NCBI GenBank assembly: GCA_963829525.1
Contig: CAWHIJ010000003.1
Coordinates: forward strand, 1,056,001 to 1,120,000
From: an uncultured Actinomycetota bacterium
GTDB lineage: Bacteria > Actinomycetota > Actinomycetes > JAHEKZ01
DNA length: 64,000 nt
Direction: 5' to 3'
Shown here: one piece after another, positions 19,412-29,864 of the stretch
Numbering within the stretch: position 1 is the first letter of the stretch
Layout of the letters: each line of letters starts with the position of its first letter
Notes under the pieces: generated by a model
Database searches by the model: none
Told to the model about the DNA's origin: nothing
Seen by the model: only the letters and a program-made list of their open reading frames with translations
Position numbers and translations under genes: made by a program

Positions 19412-20169
19412 TGTTGATACAAATAGTGAAGTTCGCCCTTCTTTGCACCGGCGTCGTGCTTGCCGGTGGGTGCTCATCCACCGCACAGGACAGCAACGCC
19501 AATGCAGCGGCGACGACGCCAACCGAGGTGCGCGCATCTGCGAGACCGAGGACAGCTTGCCCGACGGCGTGTTGCCCTTGCCACAGCCCAGCGGCGGCGA
19601 CGACTTCGCCGTCCTACCCGCGGGCCGCTACCAGGTCCCGATCAGCGACACTCTGGCCTACCAGATCGACCTGCCGCAGGGCACTTACGCGTACGACGGT
19701 AAGTACCTCGCCTTCGATCAGGCACGACCGCAACGAATCGCCGGCATCCTGTACGTGGATGAGGCAGGCGACGGGACGGGCGTCTCTCGCGAACCCTGCA
19801 CAAAGCAGGATGAAATCGTGCCGGCGGGGAAGACCTTGGCGGCTCGTCACCGCGATCACCAACCAGCCGATTCTCGATGTGAGCGAGCCCGTGACAGCCG
19901 AGCTCGGCGGAGCGCGGGGGCTCTACCTAGAGGTTCGGATCCCCAAAGACTACAACGCATCCCGCTGCGGTGATGGCGAGATTGGGCTGGTCGGACGTTC
20001 GGGAATGATCCGAAACGCGCTCCCCGGCTACGTCGGTACGTGGTGGGTCCTCAATGTCGACGGGGAACGGATTCTGGTCCAGCCGTACTGCCCCGGACCG
20101 TGCCCCGACAACTCGACCGAGCACCTTAACGAAGTGGCCGAAACGATCACCTTCACGAAGCTCGGTTGA
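19411..20169 (+). CDS. Hypothetical lipoprotein (frameshifted internally)
   Basis: Lipobox-like VLAGGC; middle part in another frame (LPAGRYQVP...). Confidence 0.55.
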   Translation: MLIQIVKFALLCTGVVLAGGCSSTAQDSNANAAATTPTEVRASARPRTACPTACCPCHSPAAATTSPSYPRAATRSRSATLWPTRSTCRRALTRTTVSTSPSIRHDRNESPASCTWMRQATGRASLANPAQSRMKSCRRGRPWRLVTAITNQPILDVSEPVTAELGGARGLYLEVRIPKDYNASRCGDGEIGLVGRSGMIRNALPGYVGTWWVLNVDGERILVQPYCPGPCPDNSTEHLNEVAETITFTKLG

Positions 20170-20320
20170 CGGTTCCGCCAACAAACGCCAGGAGACAGGG
20201 ACTCGGCGGAAGGCACTTCGAGGAGACGGCACATCGGCAAGGGCCTCCCGAGCCACAGGTGGCCTCGACCACGCCGCGGCGTCAGCACGTCATCAACCTA
20301 ACCCCCTTGCCGCATCATGG

Positions 20321-20410
20321 GTGGGGGGCGTCGAGCCAGGTGCCGGTGGGGGTCGGGGGGGGGGGGGGGGCAGATACTTGTGGCGGTACCTGTTGTCGGT
20401 CGATGGCCCC
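20321..20410. repeat. Degenerate copy of the transposase 3' end and element-end flank, with a poly-G tract
   Basis: ACTTGTGGCGGT..CTGTTGTCGGTCGATGGC matches about 17590-17620; GAG.CCAGGTG matches about 17545. Confidence 0.65.
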
Positions 20411-20560
20411 ACGGCCAGGTCTGACGGATCGAGAGAGTTGGCCGGGTCACAGGTGAACAAGACCATACGGTTGGCATAGCCCCACCGGACGGCACTTCGG
20501 GCGCATCGGTAACAGGGCGGCCTTCTGTCCCTTCTGACAAACAGTCCCTTGGCGGTGTGG

Positions 20561-21130
20561 TCAGCCGGTATGTGCGGACAGGCGCTTGCGCATGGTGACG
20601 AGTGGCACCGCGGTGCCACCCGCTGAGTCCTCCAGGTCCGCGATGGCCGTGAATCCCGCTGCCTCGTAGAGCGGTCGTCCCGCCAATGTGGACACCAACT
20701 CAAGCGTCCGGAATCCCTCCGCCGCTGCGTGGTCCTCGCAGGTCCGAAGCACGAGTCTCCCGACGCCGCGACGCACGTAACTCGGGTGGGTGTACATGGC
20801 GCGGACTCGGGCCGGGTCGGTTGCTGGGTCAAGGAGTGCGGAGTTGCGGCCGCCGGAGTGATCGCCGCCGTACATCGTGGCCCGTCTGCTCCACCCACCA
20901 CAGCCTGCGACGATGCCGCCGACCTCGACGAGGTAGTAGGTGCCGTCGGCAATGAGCTGTCGATCGATTCCCATGATGGCGTGACTCGAGGCGATCTGCG
21001 CGTCGTCGAGGAATCCCCGCTGGAGCACGTCGATGGCCAACTCGACCAACGGCGCCAGGCGGGACATGTCGTCGATGCGGGCCGGTCGGATCGTCAGGTC
21101 GTCCTCGGGAAGACGGTCAGTCTTGTTCAT
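20561..21130 (-). CDS. GNAT family N-acetyltransferase
   Basis: GCGGWS, ARVRAMYTHPSYVRRGVGR, TLAGRPLY. Confidence 0.88.
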   Translation of the reverse strand: MNKTDRLPEDDLTIRPARIDDMSRLAPLVELAIDVLQRGFLDDAQIASSHAIMGIDRQLIADGTYYLVEVGGIVAGCGGWSRRATMYGGDHSGGRNSALLDPATDPARVRAMYTHPSYVRRGVGRLVLRTCEDHAAAEGFRTLELVSTLAGRPLYEAAGFTAIADLEDSAGGTAVPLVTMRKRLSAHTG

Positions 21131-22113
21131 TTCGGTGGTCCCCACAGGTCCGTGCTCAGGTACTTCATCCCCGAGTCGGCCAGAACAATCGCCACGGTTT
21201 CCCCGGCCCCAGGTCCGATCAGCCACTGCTCTGCGGCGGCGAGACATGCGCCGGCTGAGAATCCGGCCAGGATGCCCTCGTATCGCGCAAGCCGTCGCGC
21301 GGCTTCCATCGCTTCGTCGTCGTTGACCGTGAGGTAGCCGTCGACAAGGTGCTCCTCGAGCAGCGGTAGGTCCGTCATTGCGTAGCCACCGCCCTGGATG
21401 CGGTGTGATGGATCGGACGGAGGTTGACCCGCCAATACGGGCGCACCGGCCGGTTCAACTACCAGACAGGTGATCGCCTGCCTCTGCTCCTTCAGAAACC
21501 GTGCCACGCCGGCAAAGGTGCCGCCAGTGCCCACGAAGTCGCAGAACATGTCGACAGCGCCGCCGCTCTGCGCCCAGATCTCGGCCGCCGTGCGGTCGTG
21601 GTGAGCGGACGCGTTACCCGACAGATGGAACTGGTCAGCGCGAAAGGCGGCCCGCTCTGTGGCGGTGCGCGCCGCAACTTGTTCGACGAGAGCAAGGTCC
21701 TCGCCCGTCACATGACCGTCAAGCGATCCGTCGCCCTGGTCGACCAAGATCACCTCGGCACCCAGTGCGCGCATCATCTGCTCCCGTTCGCGTGAGTTTC
21801 CGGCCGACATCACCGCGACGAACGGATAGCCCTTCACCGCGCAGACCACGGCCAGTCCCGTGCCCGTGTTTCCGCTCGTGAGTTCGACCACGGTCTGCCC
21901 CGGTTGCAGCCTGCCGGATGTCTCAGCGTCTTCGATCATCCGCAGAGCGATTCGGTCCTTCTTCGACCCACCCGGGTTGAGGTATTCCAACTTCGCCAGG
22001 ATGCGACCGTTCAAGCCGCGACCGATCCGGACCAACTCGACCAGCGGTGTGTTACCGATGCTGGTGAGGACGGAAGGATCGACGCCACGACCCATGGGGC
22101 CTTCAACGGTCAC
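21127..22113 (-). CDS. Cysteine synthase family PLP-dependent enzyme
   Basis: IGNTPLV, KLEYLNPGGSKKDR, TSGNTG, VGTGGT, IQGGG, ADSGMKYLST. Confidence 0.9.
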   Translation of the reverse strand: MTVEGPMGRGVDPSVLTSIGNTPLVELVRIGRGLNGRILAKLEYLNPGGSKKDRIALRMIEDAETSGRLQPGQTVVELTSGNTGTGLAVVCAVKGYPFVAVMSAGNSREREQMMRALGAEVILVDQGDGSLDGHVTGEDLALVEQVAARTATERAAFRADQFHLSGNASAHHDRTAAEIWAQSGGAVDMFCDFVGTGGTFAGVARFLKEQRQAITCLVVEPAGAPVLAGQPPSDPSHRIQGGGYAMTDLPLLEEHLVDGYLTVNDDEAMEAARRLARYEGILAGFSAGACLAAAEQWLIGPGAGETVAIVLADSGMKYLSTDLWGPPK

Positions 22114-22399
22114 CGCTCTAATGTACGGCCCTGCTGCCCGGGCCCCCCTGGGTTTCTAGCGCTGGCAGACCACGCGTGCCGCTGGGTATAGCTCGGTGTC
22201 GAGGGGGAACGCCCTTATGCGCCACTCGCGATCACACGTCCCAGTCCTCGAGGCGTCCGGTGATGTCTGTGTCGTTCACTTCCCGCGAGGGCGTGGCGTT
22301 CGAACCCCATGCGGGCCACCGGCTCGTCGCCGCGGCCATAGGTCCACATTTTTCCTGGCTGAGAGGCCTGCTCGCAGGGTACTGGACGCGTCGAGGGGA

Positions 22400-22705
22400 A
22401 TCCGATCGGACAGCGCTTGTGCTTCCGGATCCGGTTAGATCCACTTCCAAAGCTCCCTCGCGCCCTAGGGAACTCACTGGTCAAGTGGTTCGCCTGGGGT
22501 TTCACGCACGTCCTACGGGGGCTACGGGGGCAGGACGTGCGGCAATTCCTTGTGGGAAACCCCTTGGAGCCTGCCGCGACCTGGTCAGATCGGGGCGGAT
22601 CAAGTGTAGGGGGCTGGATTCTGAGGTGCTTTGGCCCCAAGGCGAGTGTCAGCGGGTCGTTTCTCGACCCCCGGATCCGCGAGCGGGCGCGGCTGAGCCA
22701 GGTGC
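22400..22705. repeat. Junction 2: distal end of element 1, doubled core, tRNA-facing end of element 2
   Basis: CGCACGTCC(22505-22513) TACGGGGGC TACGGGGGC A GGACGTGCG(22533-22541). Confidence 0.9.
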
Positions 22706-22806
22706 CTTGGCGGCCCGCCTTTGGCTTCGATCCGATGTCGAGTTGTGGAAGCGGAGCCGCGTGATTGGCTGAACTCTTCCGGCGTGCGATCATCAGCCGG
22801 CCGCCA

Positions 22807-23555
22807 TCATGACGTCGGCGAGTGAGTCGACGCAAGCAGCTGGTCAGCCAGGTGGACGGCGATCTTCCGCTGGGCACGTGATGGTCGGACGACGCGGTCG
22901 CCGCTCGACACGATGAAACACCCGTGGCTCCCATCGTGCGGGACGATCGCCACCTCGACGCTGGTGGGTAGTCCGTCTCGGTCGACATCGACGACGTGGC
23001 TGTCAAGCCGTACCTGACCGTCGGACCCCAGCGCCGGCACCCGGGGATCCGTCGGAGCCTTCGACGCATAGCGACACGAGGAGACTCCGAGAACGAGTGC
23101 AATGCGGCTGGCGATCGCCGATGAGACCGTGGTGTCTCCCGCTGCGTTCTTCGCCAGAGTTGCGGTCTCGAGCACCCCGTCGAGGTATCCGGCCTCACGG
23201 CTTGCTCGCGCAGCCTGTCGTCGTCCCCACAGGGCGAGCTCGGTTGCGGCTGCCCCGATGACGACGAGCAGCACAGCCGCCTCGACCTCGTCCGGGTTGT
23301 CGATGGTCAAGGTCTGGTATGGCTGCGTGAGAAAGAAGTCGAACCAGATGCCCGCGCCTAGGGCGGCGACGAGCCCGGCAACGCGGTCGCCCGCCGCCGC
23401 GACGGCGAGCACGATGACGACTAGACGAGAACCGCCGTGGATGAGCTGATTGACTCGCGGGCCAGAGCCAGAAGAGCGGCGACCCCGAGTGGTGCTGCGA
23501 GGGCGAACCAGATCAGTCGCGTCCGCGGGATGGTGGCCGATGTTTCGGTGAGCAT
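22807..23555 (-). CDS. DUF4118 (KdpD TM-like) domain protein, frameshift near 23425
   Basis: GLVAAL...WFDFFLTQPYQTLTI; N-terminal TM in another frame. Confidence 0.75.
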
Positions 23556-23690
23556 GGGACCCTCCAAGCCGTGTCCGTATTCCGGACATCCCCAGTGTGA
23601 CGCGTTCATCACCCGGCGGCGCAATTCTTGACGTCATCCTTACGGGCGCGTCTCCACGGCGAACCCTCGAGCCGACAAGAGACTGGCCGC

Positions 23691-24648
23691 ATGCTGCGCA
23701 TGCAGGTGTTCGTCCCCACAGAGCTGACCGACGAGGTCACCGCAGTCTTCACAAACGAGCCGGCCGTCAGTGGACTGGCCGTGATGCGCGGGGCTGCAGT
23801 GCGTCCCGCCGGTGACGTGGTGCTGGCCGAGGTCGCCCGGGAGGCGGCGAACGGCGTGATCGACATGCTCCACGACCTCGGAGTGCACCGACGCGGCTCG
23901 CTCCACTCGAGCAGGTCAACGCCTGGATCTCGCGTGAGGGCCGGAGGCGGAGACCAGCGCACCCGGAAGCAGCGCGGACGCCGTCGCGCGGGCCGACGTG
24001 ACTCATCGCGCGTACGCGGACGCCGAGCTGAACTGGACCTATCTCGGCTTCATGACTCTCGCCACGCTGATCGCGGGAATCGCGATCGTGCTCGACTCGC
24101 AGGTCCTCGTCATCGGTGCGATGGTCCTCGGTCCCGAGTTCGGTCCGATCGCCGCGCTGGGGGTCGCTCTGGTTCGTCGCCGTTACCACCTGTTGCAGCT
24201 GTCGACTCGAACACTGCTGATCGGCTTCGCAGTCGCAATCGCTTTGACGACGCTTGCCTCGTTGCTGGGACGCTGGCTGGGATGGATCGAGCCCTGGCAG
24301 GTCAGCGGGGCTCGACCGCTCACCGCCTTCATCTACAGCCCGGACAAATGGTCATTCATCGTCGCGATCGTCGCTGCCGCCGCCGGTGTGCTGTCGTTGA
24401 CCTCCGAGCGAGTGGGGGGCCTCTCGGGAGTCTTCATCTCCGTGACCACGGTGCCCGCTGCAGGCAACATCGCTCTCGGCCTGGCGTTCGGCCAGTGGAA
24501 CGAGGTGCGCGGCAGTGCCGCGATGCTGGCCATCAACCTCACCGGCATGGCGCTAGCCGGTTGGGCCACGCTTGCCCTCCAGCAGGCGGTCTGGCACGGG
24601 GTGGTGTCGAGGCGTCGACGTCGAAGGCCTGCCGCGGGCACCGACTGA
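23691..24648 (+). CDS. DUF389 domain membrane protein, frameshift near 23910-23940
   Basis: VAREAANGVI; IGAMVLGPEFGPIAAL; GVFISVTTVPAAGN. Confidence 0.8.
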
Positions 24649-24672
24649 TCGTTCTCATTCGCCCACGGAACA

Positions 24673-24737
24673 CGCACGTCCAACGGGGGCGGGACGTGCG
24701 GAATTCCTTTGTGGGAAAACCGTTGGACCCTGCCGCC
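24673..24737. repeat. Junction 3: inverted ends around a single core
   Basis: CGCACGTCC AACGGGGGC G GGACGTGCG GAATTCCTTTGTGGGAAAAC..GGACCCTGCCGC. Confidence 0.9.
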
Positions 24738-24799
24738 CGGAAGCACCGTGGGCGACTGGTCGGATCAATGTCGTTCAACTCCAGGGGCCGGGCCCTTCG

Positions 24800-25859
24800 C
24801 CTGGGATCGGCAGATGCTCCGGAGTTCCGCAAGCCCACGATCGAGCAGCTCGCGACGGTGATCAAGCCGATCTGGGAGGAGCTCGTCGGTGGCGGGGTAC
24901 GCCCACGACCGGCTGATGGAGATCTGGGCCGAGCACCGCCCGGACGTGATCGTCTCCGACAACGTGGTGGGCTTCGCGGCGGTGCCCCTGGCCGGTGTGC
25001 CGTGGGTTCGGATGGTCTCGGCGAACCCACTGGAGATGGAAGCCCCCGACCTGCCACCGCCGTTCTCGGGTCTGCCCACAGACGACCCACGCGGATGGGC
25101 GGAGTTCACGGCGGAGTACCGCCGACTGCACGACCCGTCGATCGCGGAGCTCAGCGAGCTTCAACGTGTCGGTGGGCGCCGACCCTTTGCCCGAGGGCCA
25201 CTTCCAGTACAACTCGCCGTACGCCAACCTGTACCTGTTCCCGGAGGTGATGGACTACCCGCGGCCGACCCGCTCGACTCCACGTGGACACCGCCTCGAC
25301 ACCACGGTTCGCACCGGCGAGGAGCCCTTCGACGTCGACTCGGTGCTGCCGGGTGACGGCAAGGTGGTCTACCTGTCGATGGGGAGCCTGGGCTGCAACG
25401 ATCTCGGAGCTGATGCAGCGACTCATCGACGCGCTCGACCAGACCCCCCACCGGGTGATCGTGAGCATGGGCCCGCTCGAGGACCAGATGGAGCTCGGGG
25501 AGCGGATGTGGGGCGGGAGTTCCTGCCGCAGCCGTCGATCCTGCCGCAGTGCGACCTGCTGATCACCCACGGCGGCAACAACACGGTGACCGAAGGGTTC
25601 AACTTCGGACTGCCGATGATCGTGCTGCCCGCTGTTCTGGGACCAGTACGACAACGCGCAGCGGGTGCAGGAGCGGGGCTTCGGTCGGCGGCTCGACACG
25701 TACGGGGCCACGCAGGACGAGATCGTCACGGCGGTGGACGAGCTGCTCGCCGACAGCGCCCTCAAAGCCCGGATGACGGAGATCTCCCGCCAGCTGCAGG
25801 CCGCCCCCGCCCAGGAACGGGCGGCAGATGTCGTCGAGCAGCTGGCCGACGGCACGTGA
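24800..25859 (+). pseudogene. GT1/MGT-type glycosyltransferase, 5'-truncated and frameshifted
   Basis: RPDVIVSDNV, VYLSMGSLG, FLPQPSILPQCDLLITHGGNNT, WDQYDNA; no start found after the element end. Confidence 0.75.
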
Positions 25860-25995
25860 CTACCTAAGAGAGTCCGGTGGACGCGTGAGGAGTCGCTAGC
25901 GGTTCTCCTCGTCGATCACATCGAGGACCGGGCAGCCCAGGGCGGCGGTGGAGCACTGCCGGGGAGTGGCATCGCATGCCCCGACAGCGCGACCG

Positions 25996-26457
25996 TCAAT
26001 CCAAGCAGAACTCGTTGCCTTCTGGGTCGGTCATCACGATGTGCCCGGCGCTCATCGGGGGTTCGGGCTCGTAGCGGCGAACCCGCGTCGCCCCCAGCGA
26101 GACGAGTCGGTCGCACTCGACCTCCAACGCCGCCATCCGCTCCTCCCCCTCAAGCTCGGGAGCCGCCCGAACGTCGAGATGCACACGGTTCTTGGCGGCC
26201 TTGTCCTCGGGCACCTGCTGGAAGAACAAGCGTGGTCCATGTCCATCGGGGTCCTCAATCGCCGATCGCGTGTTGCGCTGGTCTTCCGGTACGCCGACCC
26301 TGGCCAGGAACTGATCCCACGCGGCCAGTGGGTCAGTGCCCCCCGGCAGGGAAACGCCGGGCGGACCTGGGTGGACGTAGTCCAAGACATCGCGCCAGAA
26401 CGATGACAGCGCTCGCGGATCGTGGGCATCGAAGGTGACCTGGAGATGACGGCTCAT
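25996..26457 (-). CDS. VOC (glyoxalase-like) family protein
   Basis: QVTFDAHDP..L..FW; PRLFFQQVPEDK..KNRVHLDV; DPEGNEFC. Confidence 0.9.
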   Translation of the reverse strand: MSRHLQVTFDAHDPRALSSFWRDVLDYVHPGPPGVSLPGGTDPLAAWDQFLARVGVPEDQRNTRSAIEDPDGHGPRLFFQQVPEDKAAKNRVHLDVRAAPELEGEERMAALEVECDRLVSLGATRVRRYEPEPPMSAGHIVMTDPEGNEFCLD

Positions 26458-26592
26458 GACAGGGAGGGTGCCAGAACAACCCCTTGGTAATCGAGCGCGT
26501 GTTCCCGATCAGCAAACCTCTCGGGCGGATCGGGGCATAGCTGCCGAGCCCGGCGCAGTAGCCTCCGGACATGCCCAAGTACGGACAGGTCG

Positions 26593-27756
26593 GTGAGGTC
26601 CCCCGCGACCTGGAAGGGCGGGTCGCACGGTGACAGACGGCCAGACGGAGGGGCCCGACGCCAACGGGGCGGATCCTGCATCGGCGCCACGAAGTCCGAC
26701 CGCTCGGTGGCCGCACGGATCCTGTTCAACCGACGCGTGGTCAAGGCCGTTGGGATACTCATCGTTATCGGCCTGATCTACTACTCCTTCTTCGTGGTGC
26801 TCCCCAGCGAGGTCAACTGGTCGGAACTGTGGGCCGACATCCAGGACCTCAGCGCCGGCGAGATTCTGAGCCTGACCGCCGCGGGGCTGCTGACGATGGT
26901 CGCTCTGGGCTGGGCATCCAAAGCGTCGCTGCCAAGGCTGAGCCCTGTACCGGGGTTCGAGTCTTCGGCGACCAGCCAGCTCAGTGCCTTCGCCTTCCCG
27001 CCACCTGCAGACCTCGCCATCCGCTTCGCGATGTACCGGACGTATGGATTCACCGACGAGCAGTCGGCGGTCGCCGTCCTGATCGCCATGGTGGCCCGCT
27101 ACGCGATCGTGGTTCTCATGCCGGTGCTCGGACTGGCGGCAGTGCTCGTCACTGGACAGGGCACCTGGACCGGGTTCTGGTGGTTCCTCGGATTGGGGAT
27201 CACCTTCGTGATTGTGCTGTGGCTGATCATCCGAGTGGTACGCAGCGAGGCGGCTGCGCACGCCACAGGACGATTGGTGCAGCGGTCCGCGAGCTGGGTG
27301 ATCACAAGGTTTCACCACACACCGCCCGACGACCTGGAGAACAGCGTTGTGAAGTTCGGTGCCCGGACCAGGGGCACGATCGACACCAACGGGCGCGCCC
27401 TCGTCGTCTCGAACCTCGCGTGGGGGCTGGCGAACGCGTTGGTCATGGCCTTGGCTCTGCGGTTCTCCGGGCTCGGTCATGAGGCGGTCACCAGCGCCGC
27501 TGTGTTGCTGACCACGGGACTGGTGATGGCGATCAACATGCTGCCGATCCCTGGCAAGGACGCGCTCGCAGTCACCTGGCTCGCCGGTGTCTTGAGCCTG
27601 ACGAGCAGCGCGGACTCGTCCGCGCTGGCAACTGCACTGCTGCTCTACCGCATAGTCACCTGGCTGTTGCCGATGCCGGTTGGCGGGATCACCTTCTTCG
27701 CGTGGCGGTACCGAGTGCGTCGGGACAAGGTGACGACGGTGTCGACAACCTCCTGA
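26593..27756 (+). CDS. Lysylphosphatidylglycerol synthase TM / YbhN-like membrane protein (start uncertain)
   Basis: Many TMs; C-terminal ALLLYRIVTWLLPMPVG. Confidence 0.75.
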   Translation: MRSPATWKGGSHGDRRPDGGARRQRGGSCIGATKSDRSVAARILFNRRVVKAVGILIVIGLIYYSFFVVLPSEVNWSELWADIQDLSAGEILSLTAAGLLTMVALGWASKASLPRLSPVPGFESSATSQLSAFAFPPPADLAIRFAMYRTYGFTDEQSAVAVLIAMVARYAIVVLMPVLGLAAVLVTGQGTWTGFWWFLGLGITFVIVLWLIIRVVRSEAAAHATGRLVQRSASWVITRFHHTPPDDLENSVVKFGARTRGTIDTNGRALVVSNLAWGLANALVMALALRFSGLGHEAVTSAAVLLTTGLVMAINMLPIPGKDALAVTWLAGVLSLTSSADSSALATALLLYRIVTWLLPMPVGGITFFAWRYRVRRDKVTTVSTTS

Positions 27757-27821
27757 CCCCGCGCTTGGATAGGCCGTGGGCGCCAGACGGAACAAGGAAC
27801 AAGGAACATAGGTGAGAGACG

Positions 27822-29846
27822 ATGAGAACACCGATCTACGTCGGAGGGCTCGACGTCTCCGCTCGGGCAGGCGCGCTGCTCGGGGCAGCGAGCACGGGCT
27901 TGTCGTTCCAGCCGAATCTGTTGTCCCGGGGGACCAGGGACCAGGCGATGATCAGCGGCGTTGCCGCGGCGACAGCGTTCGGGTGGGGCACGTCGGCTCA
28001 CTCTTTCTTGCGCTCCACGGCAGATCGGCTGCCGTTCGCGACGCGCTCGTCGACAGGTCGGATCATTTCCGGCCTGGTCGTTGACGCCACCGCCGCGGCG
28101 GTCGGAGCGGCTGCGCTTCGTACGGTTCCGGCACGCGAACACGAGTCGAACCGTCGGGCGCTGGCCCGGCTGGCGGCAACCGGTGCCATGGCCGCAGGCG
28201 CGGCCGGGATCGGTGCCGACCTGCTGGAGTTTCGGCGTGATCGGCCAGGTGGCCGATTGGCCACGTTGCTCACCGCACTGGCCAGCAGCGGTGCCTCCTA
28301 TGCCGCGACCCGTCCGCGACGGACGATGATCGGTTCGGTCACCCCCGGTGAGGGTCGAGGCGCACGAGAACGTGCACCGTGAGGTCTCGCCACCACAAGC
28401 GATCGCCTCGGGGGTGGCCATCACCCTTGTGCTGATCGGCGTTGCCCGAGGCGAGTCGGCTCTCAGCTCGGGTCTTTCCCGGGCCTCGGCGACACGTCCT
28501 CGGCGGATCGCCTCAGGACCACCGGGCGTTGGGCCGTCTGGGAGCTTTTGGCGCGTTGGCCGGACTGGGCTGGCTCGCGGTCACCGCGGCCAACCACAAG
28601 CTGTCAGCAGTCGGCGACGACGTCGAGATCGCGAACCTGCGGGCTCCCGATCTTGCCGAGGTCACTGGTAGCCCGGCGTCGCACATCCCGTGGTCGGACC
28701 AGTCGCGAGAGTCGAGCCGTTGGCTGTCGACTGTCCTGCGCCGCGAATCGATCTGCGCGGTCATGGGTGAGCCGGCCAACAGCCCATCCGCGTCTACGCC
28801 CCGCTGTCCAGCGCGGACACCGAGGAGCAACGCGCCGAACTGCTGCTGGCCGAGATCGACCGCACCGGGGCGCTGGACCACCCGTGTTCGCGCTGTTCTC
28901 CCCCACCGGATCGGGCTACGTGAACTACGTGGCCACCGACACGTTCGAGTACTTGGCGCGCGGCGACTGCGCGTCGGTCGGCATCCAGTACTCGGTGCTG
29001 CCCTCGGCGTTGTCCCTCAACAAGGTCGGAATGGGAACCCCGCCGACGAAGATGGTCGTCAACGGCATCATCGAGCGACTCCTGCAGCGCCCAGTGGACA
29101 AGCGCCCGCGGTTCGTCATGTTCGGCGAGAGTCTCGGGTCGCAGGTGAGCCAGGAGATGTTCCGCGGGCAAGGCATCACGGGTCCGGCCGGGATCGGGCT
29201 GGAGGCTGCGGTCTGGATCGGCACGCCCAACGCCACCGAATGGCGCGATGAGATCTGGGGCGACCGCTCGGTCTCGCAGGTGCCGTCCATCGGCCCGGGC
29301 GGCGCATTCCTGCCGCGGGCTGTGCGCGACTGGCACGGGCTGTCAGCCGAACAGTCCGCGCAGGTCAAGTACCTGCTGCTGCAGAACGGCGACGACCCGA
29401 TCCCGAAGTTCGGCCCGTCACTGTTGTGGCGCCAGCCGGCGTGGCTCGGTCCCGACGCCACGCGTCCCCCCGGTTCCCCACGCGGCACGGACTGGCGGCC
29501 GGTGGTCACCTTCTTCGCCACGTTCCTGGACATGCAGAACGCGCTGAGCCCGACGCCGGGGTCCTTCGACGAAGGTGGGCACGACTACCACCGCGAGATC
29601 CCGGAGGCCATCCGCACGGTGTTCGCGCTCGAGACCAGCGACGAGCAGTTCGCACGAGTGCAGCAGGCCCTGCGCCGTCGTGAGCTGATGTGGGAGACCG
29701 ATCGCCTGTGGCGAGCCGCCCAAACTACGTCGACACCCGAGCGGGAGGCGGCTGAGGAGGCCGTCATCACCAAGGTCGCGGGATGGACCGGCCGAGAGGT
29801 TGATCGAGCAGCGGTCGAGCAGATCGTGCTCGGCGACACCGACTGA
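27822..29846 (+). CDS. Alpha/beta-hydrolase family protein (Abhydrolase_9-like), several frameshifts
   Basis: SFQPNLL, PTGSGYVN, QYSVLPS, FGESLGS, QNGDDPI, GHDY. Confidence 0.78.
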
Positions 29847-29864
29847 GTGGTACCGGAGGCCGTC

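Larger units (their letters stand above)
17382..22514. mobile_element. Element 1 of the tandem array at the tRNA-Arg 5' end (transposase remnant plus cargo)
   Basis: Begins GGGACGTGCG right after tRNA nt 1; ends CGCACGTCCT followed by ACGGGGGC. Confidence 0.7.
22532..24682. mobile_element. Element 2 of the tandem array (non-autonomous; DUF4118 and DUF389 cargo)
   Basis: Bounded by AGGACGTGCG and CGCACGTCCA with the core on both sides. Confidence 0.68.

Noticed and set aside
20355-20370. Poly-G tract as a phase-variation switch
   Set aside because: It is intergenic between convergent genes within an eroded repeat, and homopolymer length is unreliable here.
23628-25250. 540-aa ORF spanning junction 3
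   Set aside because: Chimeric frame: the real DUF389 N-terminus followed by off-frame Arg-rich sequence and a piece of the glycosyltransferase.
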